A DNA stretch of 64,000 nt, taken from Vicugna vicugna. Lineage: Eukaryota. Below are positions 37,033 through 49,964 of this stretch, in pieces. The stretch covers positions 585,349 through 649,348 of the forward strand of contig MU058478.1 of assembly GCA_013265495.1 (NCBI GenBank), written 5' to 3'. Position numbers and translations under genes: made by a program. The notes beneath the pieces were generated by a model. The model did not search any database and had not been told where the DNA came from. It saw only the letters and a list, made by a program, of their open reading frames with translations. Numbering within the stretch: position 1 is the stretch's first letter; each line of letters opens with the position of its first letter.

Positions 37033-39824
37033 TTGCTAATCAAAAGTTCAATTTTTTTTTTGTTAATTATAATTCTGTAGGTGTCAGCTATGAACTCCTC
37101 CACTTGGAGTTCAATAGCAGTAACAGGCATTTATTTAAGTGCCATATTTTAATTTCTTCTAAAAGTTGATGTTCACAGAGATACAAGTGAATGTGCAAAC
37201 ATACATTCCACTCCTGACCCCCCAAATTTCTTTATTTTATACATAAGGGTTATTGAGAACATAGGTTGGCAAGTTTACTATAGATGCATTGTTCAACCAT
37301 TTTGTGGCAGACAGGGTACAAAATCTATCTAGTAATAAAGCATGAGAATACCGTTTTTTGGACCAAGGAGAAGCTGCAACTGGAAACCAGAGGTTGTGCG
37401 TGCAGGACCGTGTGACCAGTAAGTGCGAGAGCCGAGTTCAGGGGCTTCTGCCTGCTCCGTGCCCGGGAGCGCACCTAGCAAAGCACCCTGCACCCTGAAA
37501 CCAGACGTTACCGACCATGTGGGGATGTGATGACGTCTGGGAGGCATCTCAAGGGAAAAATATATCGAGAGAAGGAAGGGCAGCAGGACAAAGGCAACAT
37601 TTCCATTTCTCTTGGTTTCCAAAAAAGACCCCCAGCCGGGATGAATAAGGTGGAAATGGACGTGAGCAGGGTTGTAAAGATCATGTTGCTGGAAGGTTTG
37701 TTGTCCTGGGTGATGCTTCAGATGCGGGAATAAATGGCCTCTCACTGGCGGGCATCTCATACAAACATACCAAGGTCTGTTCACCTAGAGATTCGATCAA
37801 GGAGCTTGAAAAATGAATCTGGAGATGGTGGTGGGCAGAAAAGCTGCAATGAACCAACTAAAGCAGGTGAAGTAGACTTTATCTTCCAAGGTGTATAATT
37901 AAGATGGGAGGGATGCTCAGCATCGCAGACAAAGACAGGAAACACAGCTTCTACCGAGGGCCCCACCCAGACGTCCATATGGAGATGGAAGTACACGCAG
38001 TGACCCCAGGGCTTCACCAAGAGGTAACTCAACCATGTAGGGTACACAGAAGCCCAACAGGAAAAGTTTTATAAATGACAACACATGGAGAATGGAGAGC
38101 AAGATTTGACTCAAAAATCACAAACCTCTAGGGGAAAAAAAAAAAAATTGGTCCCATATGCCAAGAAATATGTGAGTGTGAAAATGAATGGCCTGGAAGC
38201 ATCTCTGCATGTGGGCAGAGCATGAGCAGAGGAGCAGGTGGTGGACGGCATGTTTTACACACTGTAGCAAAGACCGGCGAGGAAGTCAAATACAGCATCT
38301 TTCTGGACCCACGAGATTATGAACATAAACCCCCATCAGCTGGCTTAATACCAAACACCTGCTTTTTAAAAAAAAGAAAAAAGGAAAAAAAATACACTCC
38401 TAGCTTAAAATGGTATGGGAAATGCTTTGACTGTCTTTTCCCATTATGTGCAAATGCCACAGAAGCCACTGTGGTTTCCAGTCATCGGCTCCAACCGCCT
38501 TACTCTCACGAATGGGACCCACCCTCCATAAACGACCTAAGACCCTGCGTATCCTTCAGGGAAGGTGCAATCAAATCCAGGACACTCCGGTGGAAAGCAC
38601 TTTGGGGCTCCATTTCTTGAGCGTGGCGTCCAGATGGACTAGAACATTCACCAGAGGACAAACAGAGCTGAGATGATTAGTTGAGAGTAGATTGCATTGT
38701 CCCAAGGGTGCCTCAAAGGAAATCAAACCCCAAAGACCTTTGAAAAGGAAAGTGCAGAATAAATCAATACAGTTGAACTTGTAGTTCAAGGTTTTTCACT
38801 CAGTGGAAACCTCTTAAACATTTTTCAAATGTCTTTTCTTAAAGTTCAAACAGTTCCCGCATTTGAAATTTGACGAAAAGATCAAACTTTACGTTTCGCA
38901 AGTGGCACACGTTACTTAGGATTACGTGCTTTGAACCATTTATTCGGAAAACTTTATTCTACTTTTGTTCCAGAATGGGCGAGAAGATTGAAATGTGATC
39001 CGGAGCATCAATGTCATGCACAGGAGTCTCCGTGGGACCCTTGAATGGAGCCTTGTAGTGAGTCAAATCTTATGTCATCTTTCCTTTTGATTTCTTTCGA
39101 CTTGTTCTTTTACAGGAAAGGCAGCTTGAGGATGCAGGGGGGGATAGATGTCCCTCTTTGGATGGAGCCAAAGACTCTCCAAGGCAAGACCTCTCTCCTG
39201 GCTGCGTTTCTGATCAATGCAAAAACCCTTCCTGCGAAGATGAGTGTGCCCGTATGCTTCCTCCGCTGACGTCTCACACAGGTGAGCTTATCAAAGCAGC
39301 AATCACTAAAACGGGAGCCTCTCTGTAAAGAACACAGGTGAGGGCCCTCTGCTGGGAAGAGAGAGTCAAGGAACTCAGCATGTGTTTTGTTCATCCCCAA
39401 GAGGGCTGATTCTGTAGGAAACAGTAGCAGGTCTCAACTGAGAGGAGATGGTCACGGGTATGTCTTATGGACATTGACTGGGTGGCCACACTTTGCTTAT
39501 CCACACAATCAGGATTAATATCCCACCTCCCTCATGGGGATGTTGAGAGAAATTGCTAAGTTGTAAAGCACCAAGAAGGGGAAGAGACGCATGATGGAAT
39601 GGTACCTAAAGATTGTCGTCAAAATCATTGTCATCATCGTTCTCATGGAAACCGGCAGGGACACGATACATCAAGAAGATTTTTAATGTGGATATTAAAA
39701 TCCAGAAAGGTTAACTAATTCAGGACCCTAAAGGCATCCAAAAAGAAAATGGCAGTGATCCCAGAGGGGTGAGGTGGTGTGGAAATTAACTGGAGAAACT
39801 AGATTTTTTTTTTAATTGAAAGAC

Positions 39825-40255
39825 CAGTAGATTCGGGGTTAGGAGACCTGTGTTCCCTGAGTGCATTGCTTAACAGCTACAAGATTCAACCCCCTTTCCT
39901 GAGCCTCTTCAGTTTTGAAATGTCTTTCTGCCTCATAGGATTGTTACAATGATTTAGTAATATGATAAATGAGAAATACTCTGAAAATTATAAAGCACTG
40001 TGGAAATGATTATAATAGCTAATATTTATTGTGAGCTTAATTTCCTAAGAGCCAGGTAATGTTTGAAACTCTGTCCCCACGTTCATTATTTTGACGTTCA
40101 CATCACTGTGATGAGACAGGACGATTACTCTCCCCATTAAACAGACGAGTCCTGTGGGTTGACTGGCGTGTCCAAGGCCACACGGGCAATGAGAATTCCA
40201 CATGGCACATCAGTGCAGTCTGCCTCCAGGCCCTGGACCCCAACCACTGCACATA
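39825..40255. mobile_element. two adjacent MIR SINEs in opposite orientation (+ then -)
   Basis: Plus copy: GGAGACCTG...CCTGAGCCTC...CTGCCTCATAGGATTGTTA...TAAAGCACTGT. Minus copy: ATAATAGCTAATATTTATTG...CCCCATTAAACAGACGAG...CCAAGGCCACAC...AACCACTGCAC. Confidence 0.65.
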
Positions 40256-40637
40256 CTGCCTGTAAAATTAATGGGCTGATTGACTGGCTCGTTGATTCAT
40301 GGATTCAATAAACGTGCATAGAGCTGTCATGTGCCAGGCTTCATCACGGGCTCTGGGATTCAACAGAGGCCATGAGTGACAAAGCTGTTGCCCTCAACCA
40401 TGCTGCTTTGTGATGTAGGAAACTGGCAAGCCAGGAACTGTCATGTCAGATGGCAGAAGTGATGAGAAGGGAAAGAATGCAAGGTAAAATGGAGAAGTCC
40501 TTGCAGGTCAGAGACACATTTGAGCAGGACGTCCCAGGTGAGATGACTGAGTGACACAGTGCAGGTTGAACTGCCAGGAATGGGAAGCGGAGAGGTGGGA
40601 ATGGCCATAATGCTGACAGTGGCTAAGCCCCTCTTTA

Positions 40638-41162
40638 TGTATGTGGTGTCTAGGGGAGTGTGAATGAGGAATATGGCCAGGCAGCCATATCAGTAAACAA
40701 AGGATGCTATGGCCATCAGGTCATCAGCCACTACGGCCACCCTGGACAGTGAGAGGAGGGAACGCAGGTTGGGGACAAGCAGGCAGCCCAGTTTGGGCAG
40801 CCAACCCCCAGTGGTGCCCCCTGAGGGGACTCAGGGTGGGAGAGGACAGGACGCTGGCCCTGGAGAGCTCAGGTGAATGTCAAAGGAATGATTCCAGTGA
40901 GCCTGGACTCACGCCCCATCGCATACAGAGAAAAGTGATAAATTCCTTAACTTGAGATGTCTGGGTTTCTTCAATCAACAGTCATCTTTGACTACCTGGT
41001 CTTGGTTGCAAAAACTCATACATCCTGGCTTCTGCCTCGTCACTTTGGAACAGCCTCTTAGAGCGATCTGAGATGCCATGTCCCGGGCTCGAGTCCTCAG
41101 GAAATCTGCCGAATGCAACATCGCTGTCAACTTTCACATTGTGCATTTTATTTCAGCTGACA
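40638..41162 (+). mobile_element. solo ERV1-type LTR (cetartiodactyl family)
   Basis: CCATATCAGTAAACAAAGGATG...CCTGAGGGGACTCAGG...TCAAAGGAATGATT...AATTCCTTAACTTGAGAT...TTGTGCATTTTATTTCAGCTGACA, ending in CA. Left boundary approximate. Confidence 0.8.
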
Positions 41163-41668
41163 CTTTGTCATTGCATAAAGCACTTAACAGAATAAGAAGG
41201 GCGAGAAGTTTCCAGGGAGAGGAAACAGCAAGTGAAGGAGCCATGGGGCCAAGAAGACCAGTGGGGCTGGAGCTTGGAGAGTAAGGGGGATGGCACTGGT
41301 CCGAGGAACAGCATCCCAGGTGTGCATGGGCCATGATGTGGGATGCTCTGAGGACCGAGCTCAGTTCATGTGGGCACCCGGGTATCACAGATAGTGGGGC
41401 ATGGTGTCAACATCTTCAATATAAACTCATGAGAAAAAAAAATCCACTTAACCAAACCACTCATACCAGAAAGGAAGCCAGTCAAAGAGAGGTTGGAGTT
41501 GGCAGACACACTCAGTACCAGGTAACAGTCTGAAGGCCCCCAAATCGCCAACCAGTTTGACTGAAACAACAATGTCCCTAGCAAACACTCCTCACCTACA
41601 AAACGATTCACAAAAGCAAGATTTCAAACAACTCTCAAAATGCATCAGTAAACAAGTACCAAAGTCTT

Positions 41669-42276
41669 TTTTTTTTAACATTTTTTATTGAGTTATAGTC
41701 ATTTTGCAATGTTGTGTCAAATTCCAGTGCAGAGCACAATTTTTCAGTTATACATGAATATACATATATTTATTTTTTCACTGTGAGCTACCACAAGATC
41801 TTGTATATATTTCCCTGTGCTGTACAGTATAATCTTGTTTATCTATTCTACATTTTGAAATCCCAGTCTGTCCCTTCCCACCCCCCACCCCCTTGGCAAC
41901 CACAAGTTTGTATTCTGTGTCTATGAGTCTATTTCTGTTTTGTATTTATGTTCTTTTTTTAGATTCCACATATAAGTGATCTCATATGGTATTTGTCTTT
42001 CTCTTACTGGCTTACTTCACTTAGAATGACATTCTCCAGGTCCATCCATGTTGCTGCAAATGGCGTTATGTTGTCATTTTTATGGCTGAATAGTATTCCA
42101 TTGTATAAATATGACCCAGGAACCCCACTCCTGGGCATACATCCAGAAGGAACCCTACTTCAAAAAGACACCTGCACTCCAATGTTCATAGCAGCACTAT
42201 ATACAACAGCCAAGACATGGAAACAACCTACATGTCCATCGACAGATGGCTGGATAAAGAAGATGTGGTATATTTA
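41669..42276 (-). mobile_element. L1 insertion with 5' inversion (twin priming)
   Basis: Minus-strand L1 3' part (41669-42110) joined to a plus-strand upstream ORF2 part (42111-42276; DPGTPLLGIHPEGTLLQKDTCTPMFIAA...WKQPTCPS). TSD TACC(A/G)AAGTCTT at 41657-41668 and 42277-42288. Confidence 0.93.
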
Positions 42277-44057
42277 TACCGAAGTCTTGATATGATTTCT
42301 GAACACCTTGGCACAAAAATATGCAGAGACAGTCATGGGAATTACAGTTTGTTGGTGAATTAAATTTTTATCCATATTCCTGTCACGTGTGGTTGCCAGG
42401 TGAAGATAGCTTGTCATTTATCAAAGACCCAGAAAATGTTTCCAACATGATTGATTTACTTTCTCAATAAGAAAGGTCAGAATCCTTGGATTTTAGCAAC
42501 ATCTGAAAGTATCCATCTAATTAGATCTTAAAAAAAAATCCATGAGAAGAATTCATTTTACCTACCTGTCATCTGAGTTCCGATGGCTGAACTTTCTAAC
42601 CGAATGAAAAGCAATTGATGAAGTTGCTCAGCAAACAAGACAAGCCACATGTCAAACGCTGACTCCATCACTTAGAAGGCACAGGATGCACCAGCCAAGA
42701 CTGATGCGTCAAAAAAACAGAGCAGATTGATTCGGTGGGGTTCCCCGGGGTCCACGTCCACGGGGTCTGCGCTCTGCTGTGACTTAGACTCCAGCCCTTG
42801 GATGAATGAATCCAGCTTCACATTTTGGACTAAAGCAATAAGGAGCTTTGCTTTAAGCTCACACAGGCTGCCTGGTTATGCCACGCACGTGTCCAAATGG
42901 CCTCCCAGGCAAGGTGGGTACCAACCTAGCACAGGGTGAGCTGAGGTTAGCGTGGCAGAGAGAGAACAAGAATTGAGGTGATGCTGATGAGGGCTGAACG
43001 CCTTCCCGAGTGTTGTGCCCATGGAGGGTATTGGGTAAAACAATTTCTCCAACAGAGAGGAGGGGTCAGCCCCCCACCCCATCTATAAAAGAGATGGATC
43101 AGAAGTGTAACAGCTTCTCTGGATCGTTGGAAGGATTTGATGCATTAAAGTGTGACATTCAGTCAAATTACTCCCGGCACATAGTAAGTGCTCACTAAAT
43201 GTTAGATGGAGGCCCACAGAAGGGAGCTAAAGTCATGCTAGCTGAATGAGCCACTGCAGTGCAGCGTGAGTCCCAGGAATGTCGCAAAAGGCACGAGTGG
43301 GACACAAATGAGGTCGCTTTCCAGCTGAAGGTTGTAGAGACATCTTCCTCATTCGAGCTCAGCCTTAAAGACCAGGCTGAATGTCAATCGCAGAGGTAGT
43401 CTCAGGACATCTTGGTGGGAGAAAGGCTTGGATGTGAAAGGGCAGGATGCTTTTTAGACCAGGTCTGATCCAGGTTGACTCCGCTGCGGGATTTCTCATC
43501 CCAGCAACAGTTAACTAACGTGGAAACTGTCACAGGAGGTGTCAGGTCTTTTCCTAACTGCTTTGCATACTTTAGTATGTAATCTGTCAGATCCTCAAAC
43601 TCCCCTATAATCCATGCACTGTTATGTTATCTCCATTTTACACATGAAGTATAGCCCAGAGATATGGAGGCAATTGTCAAAGGTTACAGTCAACATTCAG
43701 GAGAGCCGGGATTCAAAGGAAGGAAGGGGTCTGGATCCAGCCTCCGGGCTCTTGGACCTGACACCCAGCCACCCGTGAAGAAGCAAATGACAGCTCTGAA
43801 ATCCTTTAGCGTCTGCATCTTCCGGGCATGTGTCTGTCAAGACCATCTCCTCTGGGATAGGAAACAAAATGGTACTAAAGGATCTCTCAGAAAATTATCT
43901 TTTGACTCTGAAATGAGTGTGTGGCTTTTTCACAATTTTGTCTTGCTTCCGATGCACGTCCACTCTGCATAGACAGCGGTGATTAGGGAATATTGACTGG
44001 CATGCGTTCTTGCGCCCTATGGGACACATTACTGCGGTCAAATTGAGGATCTGAAAC

Positions 44058-44190
44058 GGGAGGAGGGTGTAGCTCAGTGGGAGAGCACGTGCTTAGCAGG
44101 CACGAGGTCCTGGCTTCCATCCCCAGCCCCTCCTCTAAAAGTAAATACATAAAGAAATCTAACTACTACCCGCCCCCAAAAAATTTAAAA
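44058..44190 (+). mobile_element. tRNA-derived SINE (Vic-1-like)
   Basis: GGGAGGAGGGTGTAGCTCAGTGGGAGAGCACGTGCTTAGCAGGCACGAGGTCCTGG... followed by an A-rich tail. Confidence 0.9.
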
Positions 44191-45089
44191 ATTAGAAATC
44201 TTAAAAAGGCACTGAAAAGTCACTGAACATGTTATACTGAGGCGCAAATAAATAGCACGGCCAGCCACACCGTGGATTTCTCTTTTTTTAATTGTATGCT
44301 CATGTGCTTTCACTTGTTCCTCTGTCTTCTGTACAATGTTGCTAATGGAAAGTTACATCTGAAGGCTCAGCTGGGTCAGCTTCAATATTTCATAAAGAAT
44401 CTTCAAAGGAGACGCTCTGTAATTCATTTGCATCGCTCGGGAGGCACATTTAGTGACATAGGGTCACTCACAATGAGGCTGAGATGAATCTCTGTGTTAA
44501 GCCTGTGACAAACGGACCTCTCCACTGGTTTCACCGCAGCCCTCAGGACTAGGAAGGAGGTGTGACTGCACGATGTGAATTTTATTTTCGGAGAAACGTC
44601 CAAATAACGATTTTATCACCTTGGGTGATGAGTATGTGGATCAGTTATCCCATTAGGATGTGCAAAGTGGCCGTGATTAAATCCAATGGTTTCTTTTGCA
44701 TAAAGAGCTTTTGCTTGAGAAATGGACATTTTTGGTTACCTTGAAATGCAGTTGTATAGAAAAGGCAGTTAACTGCTTTTAAATTATCAATTTTCAGAGA
44801 CGGTACTCAGGGTAACAATCCAGTCGTACCAAATGCATTTTGTTAATTTTGTGTGTGTGGTTCTTTCTTTGATGAACATAATGACAGAATTAAGAAATGC
44901 ACACTTTTTTTTAACTATCAGTTGCAGTCATCATTTTGGGGAAGATGATCTAAGTGTCCCAATTTGTCCCTTTGAATCTCCTTCGAACCGATTCCCAGGT
45001 CCTTCTGTCAGAACTCTGCTCAGTTTTGAGAACTTCCTTCTTTTCCAGCAAGATTCCTTTCTAAATTGAAAGAAGCAATGGAGGTTTTC

Positions 45090-45385
45090 AGAGAAAACAC
45101 TTACCAGAGACAATGAAGGACACAACAGAATGGAAAAGGGCTGATACACCAAGAAATGTTGGCAATCCAAAATATATATGCACCAAACAAAAGAGCTGCA
45201 AAATGCAAGAAATAAAACCAACAGAACTGAAAGGAGATGCACAAAACTCCACAACTATAATTGGGACATTTAACTCCCTTCTCTTAACAAGTGTCTGAAT
45301 AACTGGACATAAAATGGGCAAGAACCCTGATGGACACAAGACCTGCACCCATCAACAGGACAGGAACAGTCCAGCAACCAAAGAG
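45090..45385 (+). mobile_element. old L1 ORF2 endonuclease fragment
   Basis: AATATATATGCACCAAAC (NIYAPN) and TELKGDAQNSTTIIGTFNSLL (~TELKGEIDSSTIIVGDFNTPL). Confidence 0.85.
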
Positions 45386-45844
45386 AGACAGTAAAATTGA
45401 TTTTAAAATATTTCAGCAGAAAACAAGATCAAACAAAGCGCACACAGTATATGTGGGGAAATGCTCTTCATTGTGAAGTCTACAGGTGAGTAACATTATT
45501 AATGCAGCCTCTCTCCTTTCCTCCGCGCCAGCGCTGGCTCTCAAGGAGACAGATCCCTCCGAAGCACACGTTGCCCCCCTTGGCTGTTTGTCACACAAAA
45601 GCAAGTCTATGGGACCGCAAATCATGAGCGATGCGATCGCAAAGGTGGGGCGTTCTTGTCAACTACTGCAAAATACAGCTCGGTGACTTCATCCTGGAGG
45701 CAGTAGGAAGCCACGGGGAATTATTAAAAGTAATCAAAAGTGAGTTGGAGAAAAATCGGCGTTGGCAGTGACGTGAACAACGTGTCAGAGGAAACGGAGA
45801 CTGTCAGAGCTGTGTAAGTGACCGCGATTTGCAAAGGGTCACCA

Positions 45845-46052
45845 CTATAACTAAAACTAGATTAAAAAACAAAAACAAAAAAACAAGTGTCTTCTGTAGA
45901 GCGCAAGGAACTAGATTCAATAGCTTGTAGTCACCTTTGATGAAAAAAAGAATATGAAAATGAATATGTGTGTATCCGCACGACTGGGACACTGTGCTGT
46001 GCACCAGAAATTAGCACATTGTAACTGACTATGCTTCAGTTTTAAAACAAAA
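45845..46052 (+). mobile_element. L1 3' end fragment
   Basis: CTGTAGAGCGCAAGGAACTAGATTCAATAGCTTGTAGTCACC...GCTGTGCACCAGAAATT...CATTGTAACTGACTATGCTTCA. Confidence 0.85.
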
Positions 46053-48622
46053 TATGTTTTACAGAAGAGACTGAAATAAAGCAGACACAGTGCGAATGCA
46101 ATAAGGTAACATGTTTTAAAGGCTCGGAGGAGGTGGAAGAAACGAGGCTCAAAAGGCTCGGATGGAAGAAACGAGGCTCATGGAGGAACGCAGCGGAGGG
46201 GGTCAAAGCGTGGCCCCCACATTGAAGGCTTAGGTGACTGGGTGCTGGCATTTGCTAGTATTTAAGGAAAAAAAACATACTATTGGTGAGTAAAATTAAG
46301 AATTGTTTAATTAGGTTCACTGATGAACTTAGGGAAATCAAGGCTGAGAAACGATGCTCAAAGTGGCCGTCTGGACTAACAGGTTTGCTTTGACAAGTCT
46401 TGAGCATGTTGAAAACAGTCACCACCTGGTGATGCCACGATGGGAGAGATGAAGGGCAGTGAAACATTATTCTGAGTACAGATGTTTGGTTGGAAGATTT
46501 TTTTAAACAAAATTACTAAGAAGAAGTACAAATTAGCCTCCATTCTACCAGCAAGTGCTGATAACCAAACAGGATAAAAACAATGGGCGTCGTTCACAGC
46601 AGTGGCACAGATGCACAGTAGCTAAAAAGAGATTTAACAAGAATTACGTGATGCTTTTAGAAGGAATGCGACTTTACCGGACAGCTTCGGCTAGCGGTAA
46701 TCAACAGTCCTTAAAATTCCATATATTTCTCACTCATGCTACCAGCACCTCGCAGATCACTGGTCTTAATTTGAGGGTCAGGCTGAAAAATCAGCCTTTG
46801 CAGAATGACAGCATCGCACCTTTTCTTTTTGCTTCTCTACGCATATTTATCGTTTCTGCCATCAGTACGTTTCTTTCCCCCAAGAATTATGACGGTTCTG
46901 AAGTTGTAAGAAAATTAGCAACACTCCCATAGATAGATGAGTGATTATTATGAGTGGAACCATCAAACATTTGGAAATAGACACAGGAAAGATACACATG
47001 GAGTGTAACCAAGAGCATGTGTATCGAGCACATAGAAAAAGAAGCAACAATGAATTCAATTTTACATGTATTAAGTTAACATAAATCCAGATGCACGTCA
47101 GGCTTTAATCCAAAATGAGACATGCAGAATCATATTAATTCCTCCCCTACAACCCTGCAGGTTGGTATGGTTTGGGGAGGCATAATGGGAACACGTTTCA
47201 AGAGCTAAGAGGACGTTGTTCATCTTTGACCCATTAATCCAAACCCTAGCTATTTATTCCTAAGAAATGATCCAACGGGATTTGCCAACATGGACATTAA
47301 TTGAAACCTAGCTGATGAAAATCACATCGCCTGAATCCTTGCACGTGGATTTGTGGATCTGTCGGAACAGCCTCCAGAAGGGGTGGGGGACTCAGCCCGT
47401 CTCACCCCCGAACACTCCTTCAGCTCCCGCCAGCCCAGGCTCGAATGCAGCTAATTTGGGAGGAGGCATGGTGAGCACTCAGTGACTTCCTTCTTGCATG
47501 ATTTTAATTAAAGATCTCACCGCAGAGAAATTGCCTTCATTATGAAACAGTGGCACCCAAGAATGTTATCTGTGACAATTGGTCAAACCACAGAGTTTAG
47601 AAACTAAAGCTAAAAAAAATAAAAAAAAAAAAAAAAAAAGAGTAGTTTGAAAGGTCAAGATCATGATGGTGCCACCAACAGCGATGCTTCTGACCTCCCA
47701 CCGGAGATGCATCTCGCAGTTCCCCATGAGCAAGCTGCTGGCTGGACCCTTTGAAACATTCCTCAAATGACCCTTTTAAAGTTTCAGTTAATTACAGCCA
47801 GACTCCACCCTGCCAAAATTCCAAATACCATGAGCCCAAATGTTTCAAGAAGCGCCAATACCATCCATGGCCTATTTGTCATTTTCCTTCATTGAATGGA
47901 ACTTGGTTCCTTATCTGAAATGAGCTCTCCGCTCTGCTCCTGAAGTCAATTTTTTTCCTTCTTAGCATCTTCATTAGCTCCTCCACATGCAGCAGCTCCC
48001 GGCCCGATAAATCTCTTGGTGTAAGTGGCTCCTCGCTCGGGACTCCCCATCAGGCTGCCACGCGGTGATGAATGTCCGAGAAAATGCCTGAATCATTCAC
48101 TCTTTCTTCCTCTGCTTAAATCAACTTCTTGCTGCTTTTTGTTTCCCCGTTTTCTGAAAGGATAGTCACAAAGCGAGACAGCTTGCAGGTGCCCTGATCA
48201 GAGCTCAAAGGACAATGAAGTCCATTGATTCTTCCCTAAGTAACTTTTTTTCAGGACGGAATCATCTGCTGAGTCATCCCATAATATGCCGAAGCCAAGA
48301 GCAAAGCTGAGCCAAGTCCAGCGCTGCCGTCAGCAAATGCTGACTTTCTGAAAACGTTGACGCTCTAACCTATAATTTGGAAACGCTACATTGAAACCAA
48401 CATATGCTATTGGAAAAGCACTCTGACATGATAACTGGCTTTTTAACATTGAGTTTATTGACACATTTCTGTACTTTCCTGCAGCCCCTATTTTTCCTGT
48501 TAACATTTTTTTTTTCATCCCATTTATTTCTCACCACCATAGTTTCTTATCGCGGCCGTTAGCCACAATGTCTCAGGATGCAACTGACAAGTGATGGGAA
48601 ACAAAGTGGAGACGGGGCCGCC

Positions 48623-48652
48623 CATCAAAGGTGGTTGTCATGGCAACACCTG
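48623..48652. promoter_or_regulatory. candidate TCF/LEF + RFX X-box + E-box motif cluster
   Basis: CATCAAAG (48623-48630), GTTGTCATGGCAAC (48634-48647, one mismatch from the palindromic X-box GTTGCCATGGCAAC) and CACCTG (48647-48652). Motif match only. Confidence 0.35.
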
Positions 48653-49964
48653 TGCAGAGTTGTATGTCCTTACCTGTGAAATGTTGCCAGACTCGGGGCA
48701 AAAGAAACAGGTAGAGACAATTACCCCAAGCTTGAGGAGCTTGAACTCCTGGCTTTTATCTGATGACGAGGATGGACAAGAAGCAGCCAGCCCTCTTCAC
48801 GAATGTCACTGGGCGGCCTCAAGCGTGTGCCCAGGTCTGGGTAAGACTCAAGACACGTGAGGGAGTCACGTTCCAAGGTTCTCAGCCTCGCCAAGACCCT
48901 CTGGGTGCCTTCCGTGTTCCCGCAGCACTCCATCATGGGAAGGTACATGAGGAATATTCAGACCATAAATGATATATTGGAGAAAATGTGTGCTCTATTT
49001 ATGGTCCAGTCAGTTTGGGAAGAGTCGTTCAGACTGACGCCCCAAAACCCTTTAATAAAAAAAAAAAAAAAAAAAAAAGAGTAACCATCATAATAACAGA
49101 AAAAAAAATTGAGCTCGCAGGGGTCAAGATAAATAATTCCAAATGTTTACGGAATGCAACAATTTCTTTAAAATTTATAGCAATAACTAGCACCTGGATT
49201 TTCCCTTGATTTTTTGATATATTTCATATAATAAACTTTATTTCTGCTAAAAAAAAAAGTTTTGTATCACTACATTTCTCTAAGACTGCAGAATAAAAAC
49301 ATACCAGTTGAATGCTATCGAATACTCATTCTGTGCCAAGAACACTGAAATGTACTTGCACAAGAAAATCCTTTGGCCCCTGAAAGCATCCTAAAATGTT
49401 TCGAGTCTTGGGAACCAAGGCCCACATAGATTAAGTCCCTCCTCATGTCCCAGAGGACTGGTGGGAGTGACATGTGAGTGGACGTCCGCCCAGCTCAAAA
49501 GCTCATCTTCCATAATGCCACAATTCTGCTTTTCATCATTTTTGGAGGATCCGCCATATACGGAAAGCATAACTTCCTAGAATCCATGTATTTTTCAACG
49601 GTACTGAATTTGCATCCAGGGAACCCATTTTTTGTATTGAGAAAAATGTCAATCTGTCTTAACTCGCAGTGATGTATTCCAATCTTTTCTCCTCTTGCTT
49701 CTCCCATCCTCCTAATTTTAATCTACGCTTTATACCTCGAAGGTTGGGAAGTAGGGAAAATTTCATTCTGCTTCCTTATCAGCTCATTTTTCTCACTAAT
49801 TTTATCTGTGTCTGCTCCCAGGACCAAAGACAAGTAATTATCGTCTCTTCTTTGTGTCTTGGTCTGGTCTGAGCACACCGGGTCCAGCCTCTTATCTTTT
49901 ATTAACTTTCTGTTTCCACGGGGCTCTAACACCTGGAAGCCAGCCCGTCAGTGGCATTTTAAAT

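Noticed and set aside
44058..44130. tRNA gene (also the heads at 1149, 23059, 23232, 26287 and 29310)
   Set aside because: The tRNA-like heads continue into a shared non-tRNA body and A-rich tail, some with TSDs. These are SINEs.
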